Part shown: piece by piece, positions 9,288 through 16,939 of the stretch | How positions within the stretch are numbered: position 1 is the stretch's first letter | Layout of the letters: each line of letters starts with the position of its first letter | DNA from: Lentisphaeraceae bacterium | GTDB lineage: Bacteria; Verrucomicrobiota; Lentisphaeria; Lentisphaerales; Lentisphaeraceae | Direction: 5' to 3' | Assembly (NCBI GenBank): GCA_021232515.1 | Contig: JAJPOQ010000077.1 | Span: 3,732 to 27,731 of the forward strand | DNA length: 24,000 nt | Notes under the pieces: generated by a model | Seen by the model: the letters and a program-made list of their open reading frames with translations, nothing else | Told to the model about the DNA's origin: nothing | Database searches by the model: none | Made by a program: the position numbers and the translations under genes

Positions 9288-10384
9288 ATTTTAAGTTCGA
9301 ACTCTTCTGAAGCTACTTTTGATCCGTTTACTTGAATGTCGATGAGATATTTGCCCGAATAATATTTTCTGGTAGATATCTCACGAATTGAGTGTTTTCC
9401 ACTAAATTTTCTTTTTCCTGCAAAGCTACATTTCGACAGTTTGAATACTTTTGGACTGAGTTTTCCATTTGCTTTCATGTGGTGAATCACAAAATCCACC
9501 ATGAATAACCCTTCTTTCTCTGTTTCCAGCTCAAATGAAAAGCTTAAACTTTCTCCAAGATTGACCGTTTTTGAATTCAGTTGAAAGTGACGACACGCTA
9601 TTTCTTGATCCACAGCATAGCCACAAAGTTTCAATGCCGCTTTATTCCCCTGCTTAAATAAACTTCTCAGAGCATGTTTGGTCAGCCAAGGATCAACATT
9701 TTCTTTCTGCCATCTCTCCAAAGTTTCAATGACAATATCAGGGTGATCTTTTGAAATGTCATTTAAATTATTCGCAACAGATCGACGCACATAAAGCTGT
9801 TTATCGTCTTTGAGTATTTCCAAAACTTTAAGAACTGGACTTGGGTCTTTGACAAAACAATGAAGACGAATACTGAGGGGAAGGCGCGGCCTGCAACCTT
9901 CTGAAGCTAGACGACGAACATGATAGTTTTCATCTCGAGCCCAGAGTAACATTTGCTCCATAGTCTTCTTCGGGTATTTTTGTAAAAAGTAACGAATGCT
10001 GAACTCTGAAGTAAATCTCTTAGTGACTTCTCTCTGTAAAACCATCGATTCATCAAAGTAATCCAAACCTTTCGAAGCAGAAAAAGCTGCAACTGGCATA
10101 TAAATAAAACCACTAAAACCTTCTAAGTCTGACTGAGGAAGTTCCTCACCAAGTGAACTTCTTAGTATTTTCGACGCCTCACAAAAATTCTCAGGCAAGT
10201 ACAAACCAAGAGTTTCAGCGATACGAAGGTTTCTCTCTGAAAATGACAATTCAGAAAAACCGTCAAAGACAGTCTTCAAGAATGATGAATCATCAAACTT
10301 TGCCCATGTCTTTTTGATAGATTTAGCTAAAGCTTCGATGTTTTCCTTATTGAAAACATCTTTCAAGAGAAACCTTTCAGCCAC
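9284..10384 (-). CDS. DNA alkylation repair protein (HEAT-like repeat glycosylase family, AlkC/AlkD type)
   Basis: 366 aa. Diagnostic repeats HVRRLASEGCRPRLP and YVRRSVANNLNDISKDHPD. The extra ~100 aa beta-rich C-terminus is consistent with the Ig-like domain of AlkC-type proteins. The start lies 3 nt after the stop of the upstream ORF. Confidence 0.8.
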   Translation of the reverse strand: MAERFLLKDVFNKENIEALAKSIKKTWAKFDDSSFLKTVFDGFSELSFSERNLRIAETLGLYLPENFCEASKILRSSLGEELPQSDLEGFSGFIYMPVAAFSASKGLDYFDESMVLQREVTKRFTSEFSIRYFLQKYPKKTMEQMLLWARDENYHVRRLASEGCRPRLPLSIRLHCFVKDPSPVLKVLEILKDDKQLYVRRSVANNLNDISKDHPDIVIETLERWQKENVDPWLTKHALRSLFKQGNKAALKLCGYAVDQEIACRHFQLNSKTVNLGESLSFSFELETEKEGLFMVDFVIHHMKANGKLSPKVFKLSKCSFAGKRKFSGKHSIREISTRKYYSGKYLIDIQVNGSKVASEEFELKI

Positions 10385-10387
10385 AAA

Positions 10388-10969
10388 CTACTCGCGAATC
10401 ATGCTGTACTTCGACCAAAACTCAACAGACTCTTTATATGCTTTTCGATCGATAACCACGCCGCTACCACCTTCTTCAACGCCAAGAGCATTTCTCATAG
10501 CAGTGATCGGACGCATAGGTTCAACCTCAACCGTCGCTGCACCACCAATGGAAACAATCGCCCAATCAGCTTCAACAACATCACCTTCTTTTTCCATTTG
10601 CTCACGGCTGTAAAGAATCAAGTGAACGAAATCCGCTACAGGAGTTTCTATCCCAGTAATCCACTCGACAAGAACTGCGACTTCATTATCGTTTCTAGCT
10701 TCGTAGTCTGTGTGTAAAGTTGCACCATTTTCCAAAGCCCACTTTTTATCGACTGTCAGACATTTCAAAGAAGGGAACTTATATGAACCATCTTCGTTTT
10801 TATTTGATATAGCTAAGATCTTGCAGAAGTCGGCGTAACCTGGAAACTCTTGAACAGGATTGTCGGCAAGAGAAATAAGTTCTTCAACTATTTCTGGAGT
10901 AACTTTAGTGCCATGGAAATTTTGATCATATTGCCTTTCGGCAAATTCACACATTTGAATAGTCATCAA
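10388..10969 (-). CDS. Conserved hypothetical protein (possibly DUF3228-like, unverified)
   Basis: 193 aa uninterrupted ORF with a globular, non-AT-biased composition, tightly coupled to the alkylation-repair gene. I recognise no catalytic motif. The family guess is from memory only. Confidence 0.65.
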   Translation of the reverse strand: MMTIQMCEFAERQYDQNFHGTKVTPEIVEELISLADNPVQEFPGYADFCKILAISNKNEDGSYKFPSLKCLTVDKKWALENGATLHTDYEARNDNEVAVLVEWITGIETPVADFVHLILYSREQMEKEGDVVEADWAIVSIGGAATVEVEPMRPITAMRNALGVEEGGSGVVIDRKAYKESVEFWSKYSMIRE

Positions 10970-11115
10970 TCATCCTTTATAGATTATCCAAATAAGATAA
11001 AAGTAATGATGTTTGATTCAATGGAGATATCAGAAGTTATCAACTTTTTAACAGGGTATATTATATATTTCTTTTTTATATATATAAATTTATTATTATT
11101 ATACTCTGTTGATTG

Positions 11116-11124
11116 TGTGGATAA
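11116..11124 (-). promoter_or_regulatory. Perfect DnaA-box consensus match (TTATCCACA on the minus strand)
   Basis: The plus strand reads TGTGGATAA at 11116-11124. Near-consensus boxes: TTATCCAAA (10984-10992, + strand, 1 mismatch), TGTTGATAA (11195-11203, = TTATCAACA, 1 mismatch) and TTATCAACT (11037-11045, 2 mismatches). Confidence 0.45.
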
Positions 11125-11227
11125 CTCTATAAGTCGTTGGTTTTTCTACAGTCTTAAATCGTTTTTTTGCTGTTAGTAGATCTGATGGTAACTCTGTTGA
11201 TAACCTTATTGCCATAGTTATTGATGG

Positions 11228-11260
11228 TTTATTAAAGATTTATTAATAGTTTATTAACAG
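11228..11260. repeat. Three tandem 11-bp AT-rich repeats (TTTATTAAAGA / TTTATTAATAG / TTTATTAACAG)
   Basis: Read directly at 11228-11238, 11239-11249 and 11250-11260. The first 8 positions are identical, and the period is about one helical turn. Confidence 0.8.
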
Positions 11261-11341
11261 TTTTTCGACAGGTAACTTTGATAGCTTTTTCGGCTTTTTT
11301 ATAAGATACTGTTCGAAGCTTTTCACTGCAAATTTTTCCAC

Positions 11342-11380
11342 AAAAAAGCCCAACATCTATGTAACTAGAGTCGGGCTTTT
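11342..11380 (-). terminator. Rho-independent terminator of the lipoprotein gene
   Basis: The minus strand reads AAAAGCCCGAC-TCTA-GTTACA-TAGA-T-GTTGGGC-TTTTTTG. The composite stem (GCCCGAC/GUUGGGC with one G-U pair, plus TCTA/TAGA) is followed by a U6 tract and starts ~20 nt after the stop at 11400. Confidence 0.65.
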
Positions 11381-11399
11381 AAAGTAGTTTGATTGACGA

Positions 11400-11831
11400 T
11401 TATTTCTCGTCACCACCGCGGTGTTTCTTAGCTTGTTTGTAGAATTCACCGTGTGCAGCTTTTTTCACTTTAGCTAGTTCAGCAAATAAGCCTTGAGCTT
11501 TCTTTACGTCGCCACTGTGAAAAGCAGGTTGGAAGTTATCTATAACTTTAACCATATCGCTGAAGTGTTTCTTATAAGCTTTGCACTGACCTTCAGTTAA
11601 GAACGCTGGGTTCATGTCTGCAGTAGATTCGCAAAGAGCTTTAAGATCTAGAGCTGCTTTTTGAGCTTGCGCTGCCAAGTTTGCGTCTTTTTCGAAGTTC
11701 TCGATAGTTTTATACGGAGGCTTCATGTCGCGCATAGCAACTCTAAAAGGGTGGTCTTTTCCTTCATATGGGATCTGACTAGAACAACCAAAAGCGAAGA
11801 CAGCCGCAATGATCAAGATAAATTTACGCAT
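11400..11831 (-). CDS. Small lipoprotein, cytochrome b562-like four-helix-bundle candidate
   Basis: 143 aa. Signal peptide with lipobox (AVFAFGCSS). The mature part is all-helical in composition. The C-terminal half (HFSDMVKVIDNF...SGDVKKAQGLFAELAKVKKAAHGEFYK) parallels E. coli cytochrome b562 (FRHGFDILVGQIDDAL...[26 protein letters not shown]), including the distal His. There is no CxxCH. Confidence 0.7.
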   Translation of the reverse strand: MRKFILIIAAVFAFGCSSQIPYEGKDHPFRVAMRDMKPPYKTIENFEKDANLAAQAQKAALDLKALCESTADMNPAFLTEGQCKAYKKHFSDMVKVIDNFQPAFHSGDVKKAQGLFAELAKVKKAAHGEFYKQAKKHRGGDEK

Positions 11832-11966
11832 TATTATTCCTTAATTGACGTGTAGTTAATACCAGGCCAAATAAAGCTCAATGAGTTAAGAATTTTAAGA
11901 GCTACTGCAGAAATTCTTATAAATTTCATGCAATCTCTTTAGATAAGCTTTATTTGAAGGCTGAAA

Positions 11967-13361
11967 TTATCGTTTAATTAGGGACTTTTCAGTTTGAATA
12001 GGATTGCTGTCATTTAGTTGTTCAAGCTTCTTACTGAGTTCGCTTTTTAGTTTTTCAATGACTTGCTTATACTCTGGGTTATTTATCTGATTACTGAGCT
12101 CATGTGGGTCTTTTTCTAAGAGATAGAACTCGTACTCACTTCGTTTATTTAGTTGATTCACTCGTGATTGGTACTTTTTGTTTTTTCTAGCTAACTCGAC
12201 CCATGATGAGGCTATGTCATTTTTCTTTAAGGATGGATCTTCTTGCATTTTTAAGGCTTGAGACAAAGTGAGGTTTGAAGTCACTTCAGAAGAGTTTGGG
12301 TTATAGATAAGAGTGTATTGCTTGTTGCGTATAGTACGTATAGGGAAGACTCTTTTCTTATTATCAATGATGTTCACGTTTGTGAAAGCACCATAGACAT
12401 ATTCATTTATTTCTTGAGTATCGCCTTTTAAAATAGGTAGAAAGCTTTTGCCATCGAAGTCATTTTCTTTTATTTCGTAACCTGCAACTTCAGCAAGAGT
12501 TGGCGCTATATCGCTAGTTGCTAGAAGCTGATTGACTTGTGAGACTGAAGTTTTTGGCCAATGAGCCACTATGCCGGTATTTAGACCAGTTTTATAGCAT
12601 GTCCATTTTGAAAAAGGCAACTGTGAACCTTGTTCACTACAAACTATAAAGATGGTGTTTTCCCAGAGTTTCATGTTTATCAGTTCGTTTTTCATTCGAC
12701 CAACAAGAGAGTCAAAGTTATTTACTTCAGCATAGTATGAAACGAGAGTTTCTCGCAGTTCTGGAGTATCGATCCAGTAGGGAGGAATGGTCAATTCGTC
12801 AGCTTTAAATTTACTTTTATCACCTGTTGTGAATGGAGCGTGACTGTCATTTGAAGCTATGAATACACAAAATGGCTTATCACTTTTAAGTGATTTTTGG
12901 ATATAGTCTTTGGTGGTTTTTATGTAGAAGTCGTTTTGGTCTACTTTTTTACTTTTGCCTGGAAAGAAATCAAATGGGTAAGCTTTGGTTGGTCCAACAT
13001 GAGACTTGCCAATGAGAGCAACGTTGTAACCTAAAGGATTTAGATAGTGGGGTAAACTTTTGGTAATTGGTTTGGATTTCGAGTGATTTGCTAAAGTCCC
13101 AGTTCTCCATGGAGATCTACCACTGTAAAGTTCTTGACGAAATGGAGCACACATAGCGACTGAGCAAAAAGCGTTATTAAAGATCACGCCATTTTTACCT
13201 ATTTCATCAATGCTTGGAGTTTTAGAGTCTATGCTGCCGAAAATACCCCAATGGTCTTTGTTCATATCATCAGCGAGTAAAAAGACAATATTTGGCTTTT
13301 TAGAGTCATTTGCTAAGCACAACGACAAAGGTAAAAGCATGATTACTATTAAGGTTTTCAT
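11967..13361 (-). CDS. Secreted sulfatase (arylsulfatase A family, Cys-type)
   Basis: 464 aa. Signal peptide, then PNIVFLLADDM metal-binding start. Formylglycine motif C-A-P-F-R followed by LYSGR (MCAPFRQELYSGR). GKSHVG motif. Confidence 0.9.
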   Translation of the reverse strand: MKTLIVIMLLPLSLCLANDSKKPNIVFLLADDMNKDHWGIFGSIDSKTPSIDEIGKNGVIFNNAFCSVAMCAPFRQELYSGRSPWRTGTLANHSKSKPITKSLPHYLNPLGYNVALIGKSHVGPTKAYPFDFFPGKSKKVDQNDFYIKTTKDYIQKSLKSDKPFCVFIASNDSHAPFTTGDKSKFKADELTIPPYWIDTPELRETLVSYYAEVNNFDSLVGRMKNELINMKLWENTIFIVCSEQGSQLPFSKWTCYKTGLNTGIVAHWPKTSVSQVNQLLATSDIAPTLAEVAGYEIKENDFDGKSFLPILKGDTQEINEYVYGAFTNVNIIDNKKRVFPIRTIRNKQYTLIYNPNSSEVTSNLTLSQALKMQEDPSLKKNDIASSWVELARKNKKYQSRVNQLNKRSEYEFYLLEKDPHELSNQINNPEYKQVIEKLKSELSKKLEQLNDSNPIQTEKSLIKR

Positions 13362-13440
13362 CGTAAAAGTCCGTTCATTTTATCTATGTTATAAAATATG
13401 TTTATATAATACATTACGCTGTCAGAATTCAATTTTATCA

Positions 13441-13480
13441 GATTTCAGCAAAAAAACTAAAAAAAATGTTTTTTGAAATC
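13441..13480. promoter_or_regulatory. Inverted repeat GATTTC-(AGC)-A7 ... T6-GAAATC centred in the divergent sulfatase / GH-like promoter region
   Basis: GATTTC at 13441-13446 and GAAATC at 13475-13480 are exact reverse complements, each flanked inward by an A or T run. As a result each divergent gene sees TGAAATC in the same orientation. Confidence 0.3.
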
Positions 13481-13540
13481 ACACCGAGTAGTAGCTGCGA
13501 CATTTAATCATTGCTTAACCAAATTATAAGGAGTGAAGCA

Positions 13541-16339
13541 ATGGTTATGAATAGATTCAGGAATTTATTATTTCTGTTAGTTAGTCTTTTATTCTCAGTG
13601 AATACTATGGCTGGAATAAACACCTTTTCCGTGTCGGGAAAAAATGTTTACTTTAATAATAAAGAATTCAAAGTTATAGGTTTGAGATGTTCGAACGCAC
13701 TCATAAGTGAAGACGAAACTCAAGAGCTAATTGACAACTTGGATGTTTTTAAGTCTTACGGTGTAAATACCATCAGTGTTTTTGTCATGGGTTCGCGTTT
13801 TGGCGATATAAAAGGTTATAATCCAGATAGTTCTTTAAATATGACTTATGCAAATCGTCTTGGTCGTATCATCGAAGAAGCTGATAAAAGAGGCATAATC
13901 ATACTGGTTGGTTGTCTTTATTGGAGTACTTCAACAGCTAAAGCTGACTTAGGTCACTGGAAGCAAGAAGACGCCGATAAAGCTGTTTATAATACGGTTA
14001 AGTGGTTAAAGGATAACAACTATACAAACGTATTTGTTGATCCTGACAACGAAGGTATGGCAGCAAAAGCAACGGGTTGGGACATCGGCTCAATGATTGA
14101 AGCAGGTCATGAAGCTAATCCAAACATGGTGCTTGGTTATAATAAGTCTGGAACTCCTCCGGCAAATGCAGATATACTTCTTCACCACAGTCCAAAAGAT
14201 GGCAGCCGCCCTTGGATTCAAAGTGAAGGTTCTCCAGGCAGTACTCCGGGTGGATACTGGGGAAGTTACAGTAAGGAAGGTGGTTACTACAACTACATTC
14301 GTATAGGTCGCTATAACGACAATATGAAGAATGCTCAGATCAATCAAACTGATAGTGATGTGAAAAACCAAAACGGTTACATGCTTGCTTCAACGTATAT
14401 CCAGTGTGCTCCTGTAGAAGGTATTGGCGGTCCATTTATGAATCCGGGTGGTGAAGCAAATAATCCAGATATAAATGACAGTGTTAAAACTCTTCAAAGT
14501 GACATCGGTATTCTTTGGTGGCTAAAACACGTTAAAAATAAATACGGTGCGTGGAATCCGGAATCCGCTCCTGTAAGTGCGACATTTAAAGAAGTAAACG
14601 GTTTAGTTTCTATGGAAGCTGAGAGTGCAACTCAACAAGAGTGGACTCCGAGTAACGACAGCAGCACAAGTGGTGGTATAAAAATGATCAACCCTGGTGC
14701 TTCGACAAATGACATGACCTTTAAGATAAAGTTTGCCAAAACTGGTAAGTACTATGTTTGGTTCCGTCATGCTAAACCTAGTTATGCTGATGGAGACAAC
14801 AACGACTGTATCGTGACTTTTGATGGCAAGGAATTAAAAGTTGGAAATGGAAACTCAGTTATAGGTATGGGAACTCATCAGAAAAGTTTAAAGTTTGAGT
14901 CTCGTCCAAAGTCACACCACTCAGAAGATCGTAGTTATCATCCATTTTTTGAAGTAAATTCAGCAGGAGAATATGACTTTGTCGTTAACAGTAGATCTGA
15001 CTTAAGTGCAGAGTATATCGTTGATAAGATAGTCTTGATTCATGCTGATCGTGGTGGAAATGACAGTAGTCCAGCAGTTCTTGGTGGCTTAACTAGTCAT
15101 GGTCCTGACGAAACAAGAAACACTCCAGCTCCACCAACAAATGAAGCTCCTACAATTAACTTTGTAACTCCGGCAAATAATTCAATTATCGAAGAAGGTG
15201 CAAGTCTTTACATAAAGGCGAACGCTTCAGATTCAGACGGAAGCATAAACAACGTTAAGCTTTATGTAAATGGCGCTTTTATAAGAAAGGAAAATAACGC
15301 TCCATATGAGTGGGGCTCACCAAGTCAAAGTGACGCTTTCCTTAAGAATATGGCAGCTGGTAGTTACACTCTAAAAGTTGAAGCGGAAGACAACCAAGGT
15401 AAGAAGTCTAGCAAGACTATTTCAGTTACTGTAAAAGCTGAGAGTTCATTTCCTGGAAGTCTTATTTCTGACCAAGTTGGCGATGCAAATGCAGACGCAA
15501 GCTACGATGACGGTGTTTTTACACTAAGTGCTGCGGGAAGCGACATCTGGAATAACAGCGACGAATTCGGTTTTGTACACCAAAACTGGAGTGGCGACTT
15601 AACAATTGTTGCTAAAGTTCAGTCTTTAACTGAAACTCATGAGTGGTCGAAGGCCGGTATCATGATCAGAGAGTCTTTAGGAGAAAGTTCAGCTCATGTT
15701 ATGCTTGTTGTGACTCCTGAGAATGGTGTTTCATTTCAGTATAGAAGTGTTGCAGGCTACAAGTCTTACAGTAAAAAAGTACAGGGAGTGACAGCTCCTC
15801 AGTGGCTTAAGCTTGTGAGAACAGGGAATACTTTCCGTTCATATTTTTCTACGGATGGTGGAAGCTGGATGCCGTTAGGAAAAACTGAAGTAGATATGTT
15901 TGAAGACGTTAAAACTGGTCTTGTTTTGACTTCTCATGATTCATCTAAAGCGGCGACTGCGACATTCAGCGGATTGGAGCTTAAAGATCCACAAGATGAA
16001 CTTATCATTGAGAAATATGTACTCGTTAATGCTGACACAGATGCAGATGTTAAGGAAGTATACTACAATGATACAATAGATCTAAATGAGTATGGCAACA
16101 TCAGTCTAAAAGTGACTTTAAACGACACACCAGGAAGCGTCGTTTTCAAAGTAAATGGTTCACAAGTTCAGATTGAAAACAATGCAGGCTATTTTATCCA
16201 AGGTAACACTGGATCAGATGTCGATGCATGGTTGATAGGTGCTGGAACTCATACTGTAGAAACTATGCCAAAGTCAGAAAAAAATGGTGCTGGTTTAAGC
16301 GGTGAAACACTGAAGTTAAAACTAAATATAGTTAAGTAA
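13541..16339 (+). CDS. Secreted multidomain glycan-active protein (clan GH-A-like TIM barrel + CBM-like + Ig-like + ConA/DUF1349-like + C-terminal beta-sandwich)
   Basis: The ORF track starts at TTG 13511. I prefer ATG 13541, preceded by AAGGAG (13528-13533) with a 7 nt spacer and giving signal peptide MVMNRFRNLLFLLVSLLFSVNTMAG. The N-terminal ~340 aa have alternating beta/alpha character, with VFVDPDNEG (candidate NE acid/base) and IQSEGS (candidate nucleophile). Next come a GLVSMEAES-type CBM-like domain, an Ig-like domain (VKLYVNGAFIRKENNAPYEWG...GSYTLKVEAEDNQG), a ConA-like domain (DIWNNSDEFGFVHQNW...WSKAGIMIRES...WLKLVRTGNTFRSYFSTDGGSW) and a final beta-sandwich. Confidence 0.85.
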   Translation: MVMNRFRNLLFLLVSLLFSVNTMAGINTFSVSGKNVYFNNKEFKVIGLRCSNALISEDETQELIDNLDVFKSYGVNTISVFVMGSRFGDIKGYNPDSSLNMTYANRLGRIIEEADKRGIIILVGCLYWSTSTAKADLGHWKQEDADKAVYNTVKWLKDNNYTNVFVDPDNEGMAAKATGWDIGSMIEAGHEANPNMVLGYNKSGTPPANADILLHHSPKDGSRPWIQSEGSPGSTPGGYWGSYSKEGGYYNYIRIGRYNDNMKNAQINQTDSDVKNQNGYMLASTYIQCAPVEGIGGPFMNPGGEANNPDINDSVKTLQSDIGILWWLKHVKNKYGAWNPESAPVSATFKEVNGLVSMEAESATQQEWTPSNDSSTSGGIKMINPGASTNDMTFKIKFAKTGKYYVWFRHAKPSYADGDNNDCIVTFDGKELKVGNGNSVIGMGTHQKSLKFESRPKSHHSEDRSYHPFFEVNSAGEYDFVVNSRSDLSAEYIVDKIVLIHADRGGNDSSPAVLGGLTSHGPDETRNTPAPPTNEAPTINFVTPANNSIIEEGASLYIKANASDSDGSINNVKLYVNGAFIRKENNAPYEWGSPSQSDAFLKNMAAGSYTLKVEAEDNQGKKSSKTISVTVKAESSFPGSLISDQVGDANADASYDDGVFTLSAAGSDIWNNSDEFGFVHQNWSGDLTIVAKVQSLTETHEWSKAGIMIRESLGESSAHVMLVVTPENGVSFQYRSVAGYKSYSKKVQGVTAPQWLKLVRTGNTFRSYFSTDGGSWMPLGKTEVDMFEDVKTGLVLTSHDSSKAATATFSGLELKDPQDELIIEKYVLVNADTDADVKEVYYNDTIDLNEYGNISLKVTLNDTPGSVVFKVNGSQVQIENNAGYFIQGNTGSDVDAWLIGAGTHTVETMPKSEKNGAGLSGETLKLKLNIVK

Positions 16340-16345
16340 ATTCTT

Positions 16346-16375
16346 GATTACCCAGTTTTAAGAAACTGGGTAATC
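16346..16375 (+). terminator. Strong stem-loop (13-bp perfect stem) directly downstream of the GH-like gene
   Basis: GATTACCCAGTTT (16346-16358), loop TAAG, AAACTGGGTAATC (16363-16375), followed by the T-rich run TCTTGTTGTTGTG. It begins 7 nt after the stop codon and ends 24 nt before the sigma-factor ATG. Confidence 0.65.
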
Positions 16376-16399
16376 TCTTGTTGTTGTGTGGGAGAGTAT

Positions 16400-16939
16400 A
16401 TGTCGGATAAAATCGACTTAACAGAATTTAAAAATATCGTCTTGGAGTATGAACATAGCGTTCGTACTTCAATTCGTGTTATGGGGATTCGCGAAGGTTA
16501 TGTCGATGATTTGGCGCAAGAAACATTTATCTTAGCTTATAAAAAGTTTCATACTTTTGATCAAAGTAGAAGTTTGCGCGCCTGGTTATTGAGTCTAGCT
16601 AAGAATCTAGTTTTAAACGAAAGAAGAAAAGTAAAAAGACGACAGGCACTGCTGCATGAGAAATACTCTTTGTTGGTTTCAGATAACTTAGAAGCTAATC
16701 TTGATGGCCTTGATTTTGGATATGATAAAAATGTGCTGGATACTTGTTTAGATAAACTTCCAGAGAACCATCGAAAACTAGTGACACTGCGGTATTTCAA
16801 AGAAAAGAATTCTAAAGAAATAGCCCAAGTGATGAACAAAGAGGCTAGTAACATTCGCCATATGCTTAGGCGTATACTAGAGAGTTTGAAGTTGTGTGTT
16901 TTTCGACAATCAGATGAACTGAGGGGAAACAGTTTATGA
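16400..16939 (+). CDS. ECF-type RNA polymerase sigma factor (sigma-70 family, regions 2 and 4)
   Basis: The ORF track starts at GTG 16388. ATG 16400 (MSDKIDL...) is preceded by GGGAGAG. Region 2 signature: DDLAQETFILAYKKFHTFDQSRSLRAWLLSLAKNLVLNERRK. Region 4 HTH: LRYFKEKNSKEIAQVMNKEASNIRHMLRR. Its stop overlaps the downstream start (ATGA). Confidence 0.9.
   Translation: MSDKIDLTEFKNIVLEYEHSVRTSIRVMGIREGYVDDLAQETFILAYKKFHTFDQSRSLRAWLLSLAKNLVLNERRKVKRRQALLHEKYSLLVSDNLEANLDGLDFGYDKNVLDTCLDKLPENHRKLVTLRYFKEKNSKEIAQVMNKEASNIRHMLRRILESLKLCVFRQSDELRGNSL

Larger units (their letters stand above)
11101..11285. repeat. Three spaced copies of a GGTAACTCTGTTGATAAC-like motif (iteron-like)
   Basis: ACTCTGTTGAT occurs exactly at 11103-11113 and 11191-11201, 88 bp apart. 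TAACTCT occurs at 11122-11128 and 11189-11195. A degenerate third copy, GGTAACTTTGATAGC, lies at 11271-11285, 84 bp after the second. Confidence 0.6.

Noticed and set aside
10850-11176. 108-aa plus-strand ORF running from inside the 193-aa gene into the intergenic region
   Set aside because: The translation (…YIIYFFFIYINLLLLYS…) is what an A/T-only tract encodes. It overlaps a better-supported gene on the other strand and has no RBS or motif.
11334-11342. TTTTCCACA, a one-mismatch DnaA box
   Set aside because: It overlaps the A/T tract of the lipoprotein gene's intrinsic terminator (11342-11380), which explains the sequence. It was not counted toward the DnaA-box cluster.
11887-11919. 9-bp inverted repeat TAAGAATTT / AAATTCTTA with a 15-nt loop downstream of the first sulfatase gene, considered as a terminator
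   Set aside because: The loop is long, the stem is entirely AT-rich bar one pair, and no U-tract follows on the minus strand. This is not convincing as an intrinsic terminator.
13511-13540. TTG start of the 942-aa ORF-track model; similarly GTG at 16388 for the sigma factor
   Set aside because: A downstream ATG with a much better context (AAGGAG-N7-ATG at 13541; GGGAGAG then ATG at 16400) gives a cleaner signal peptide or N-terminus. The upstream extensions add no conserved sequence.
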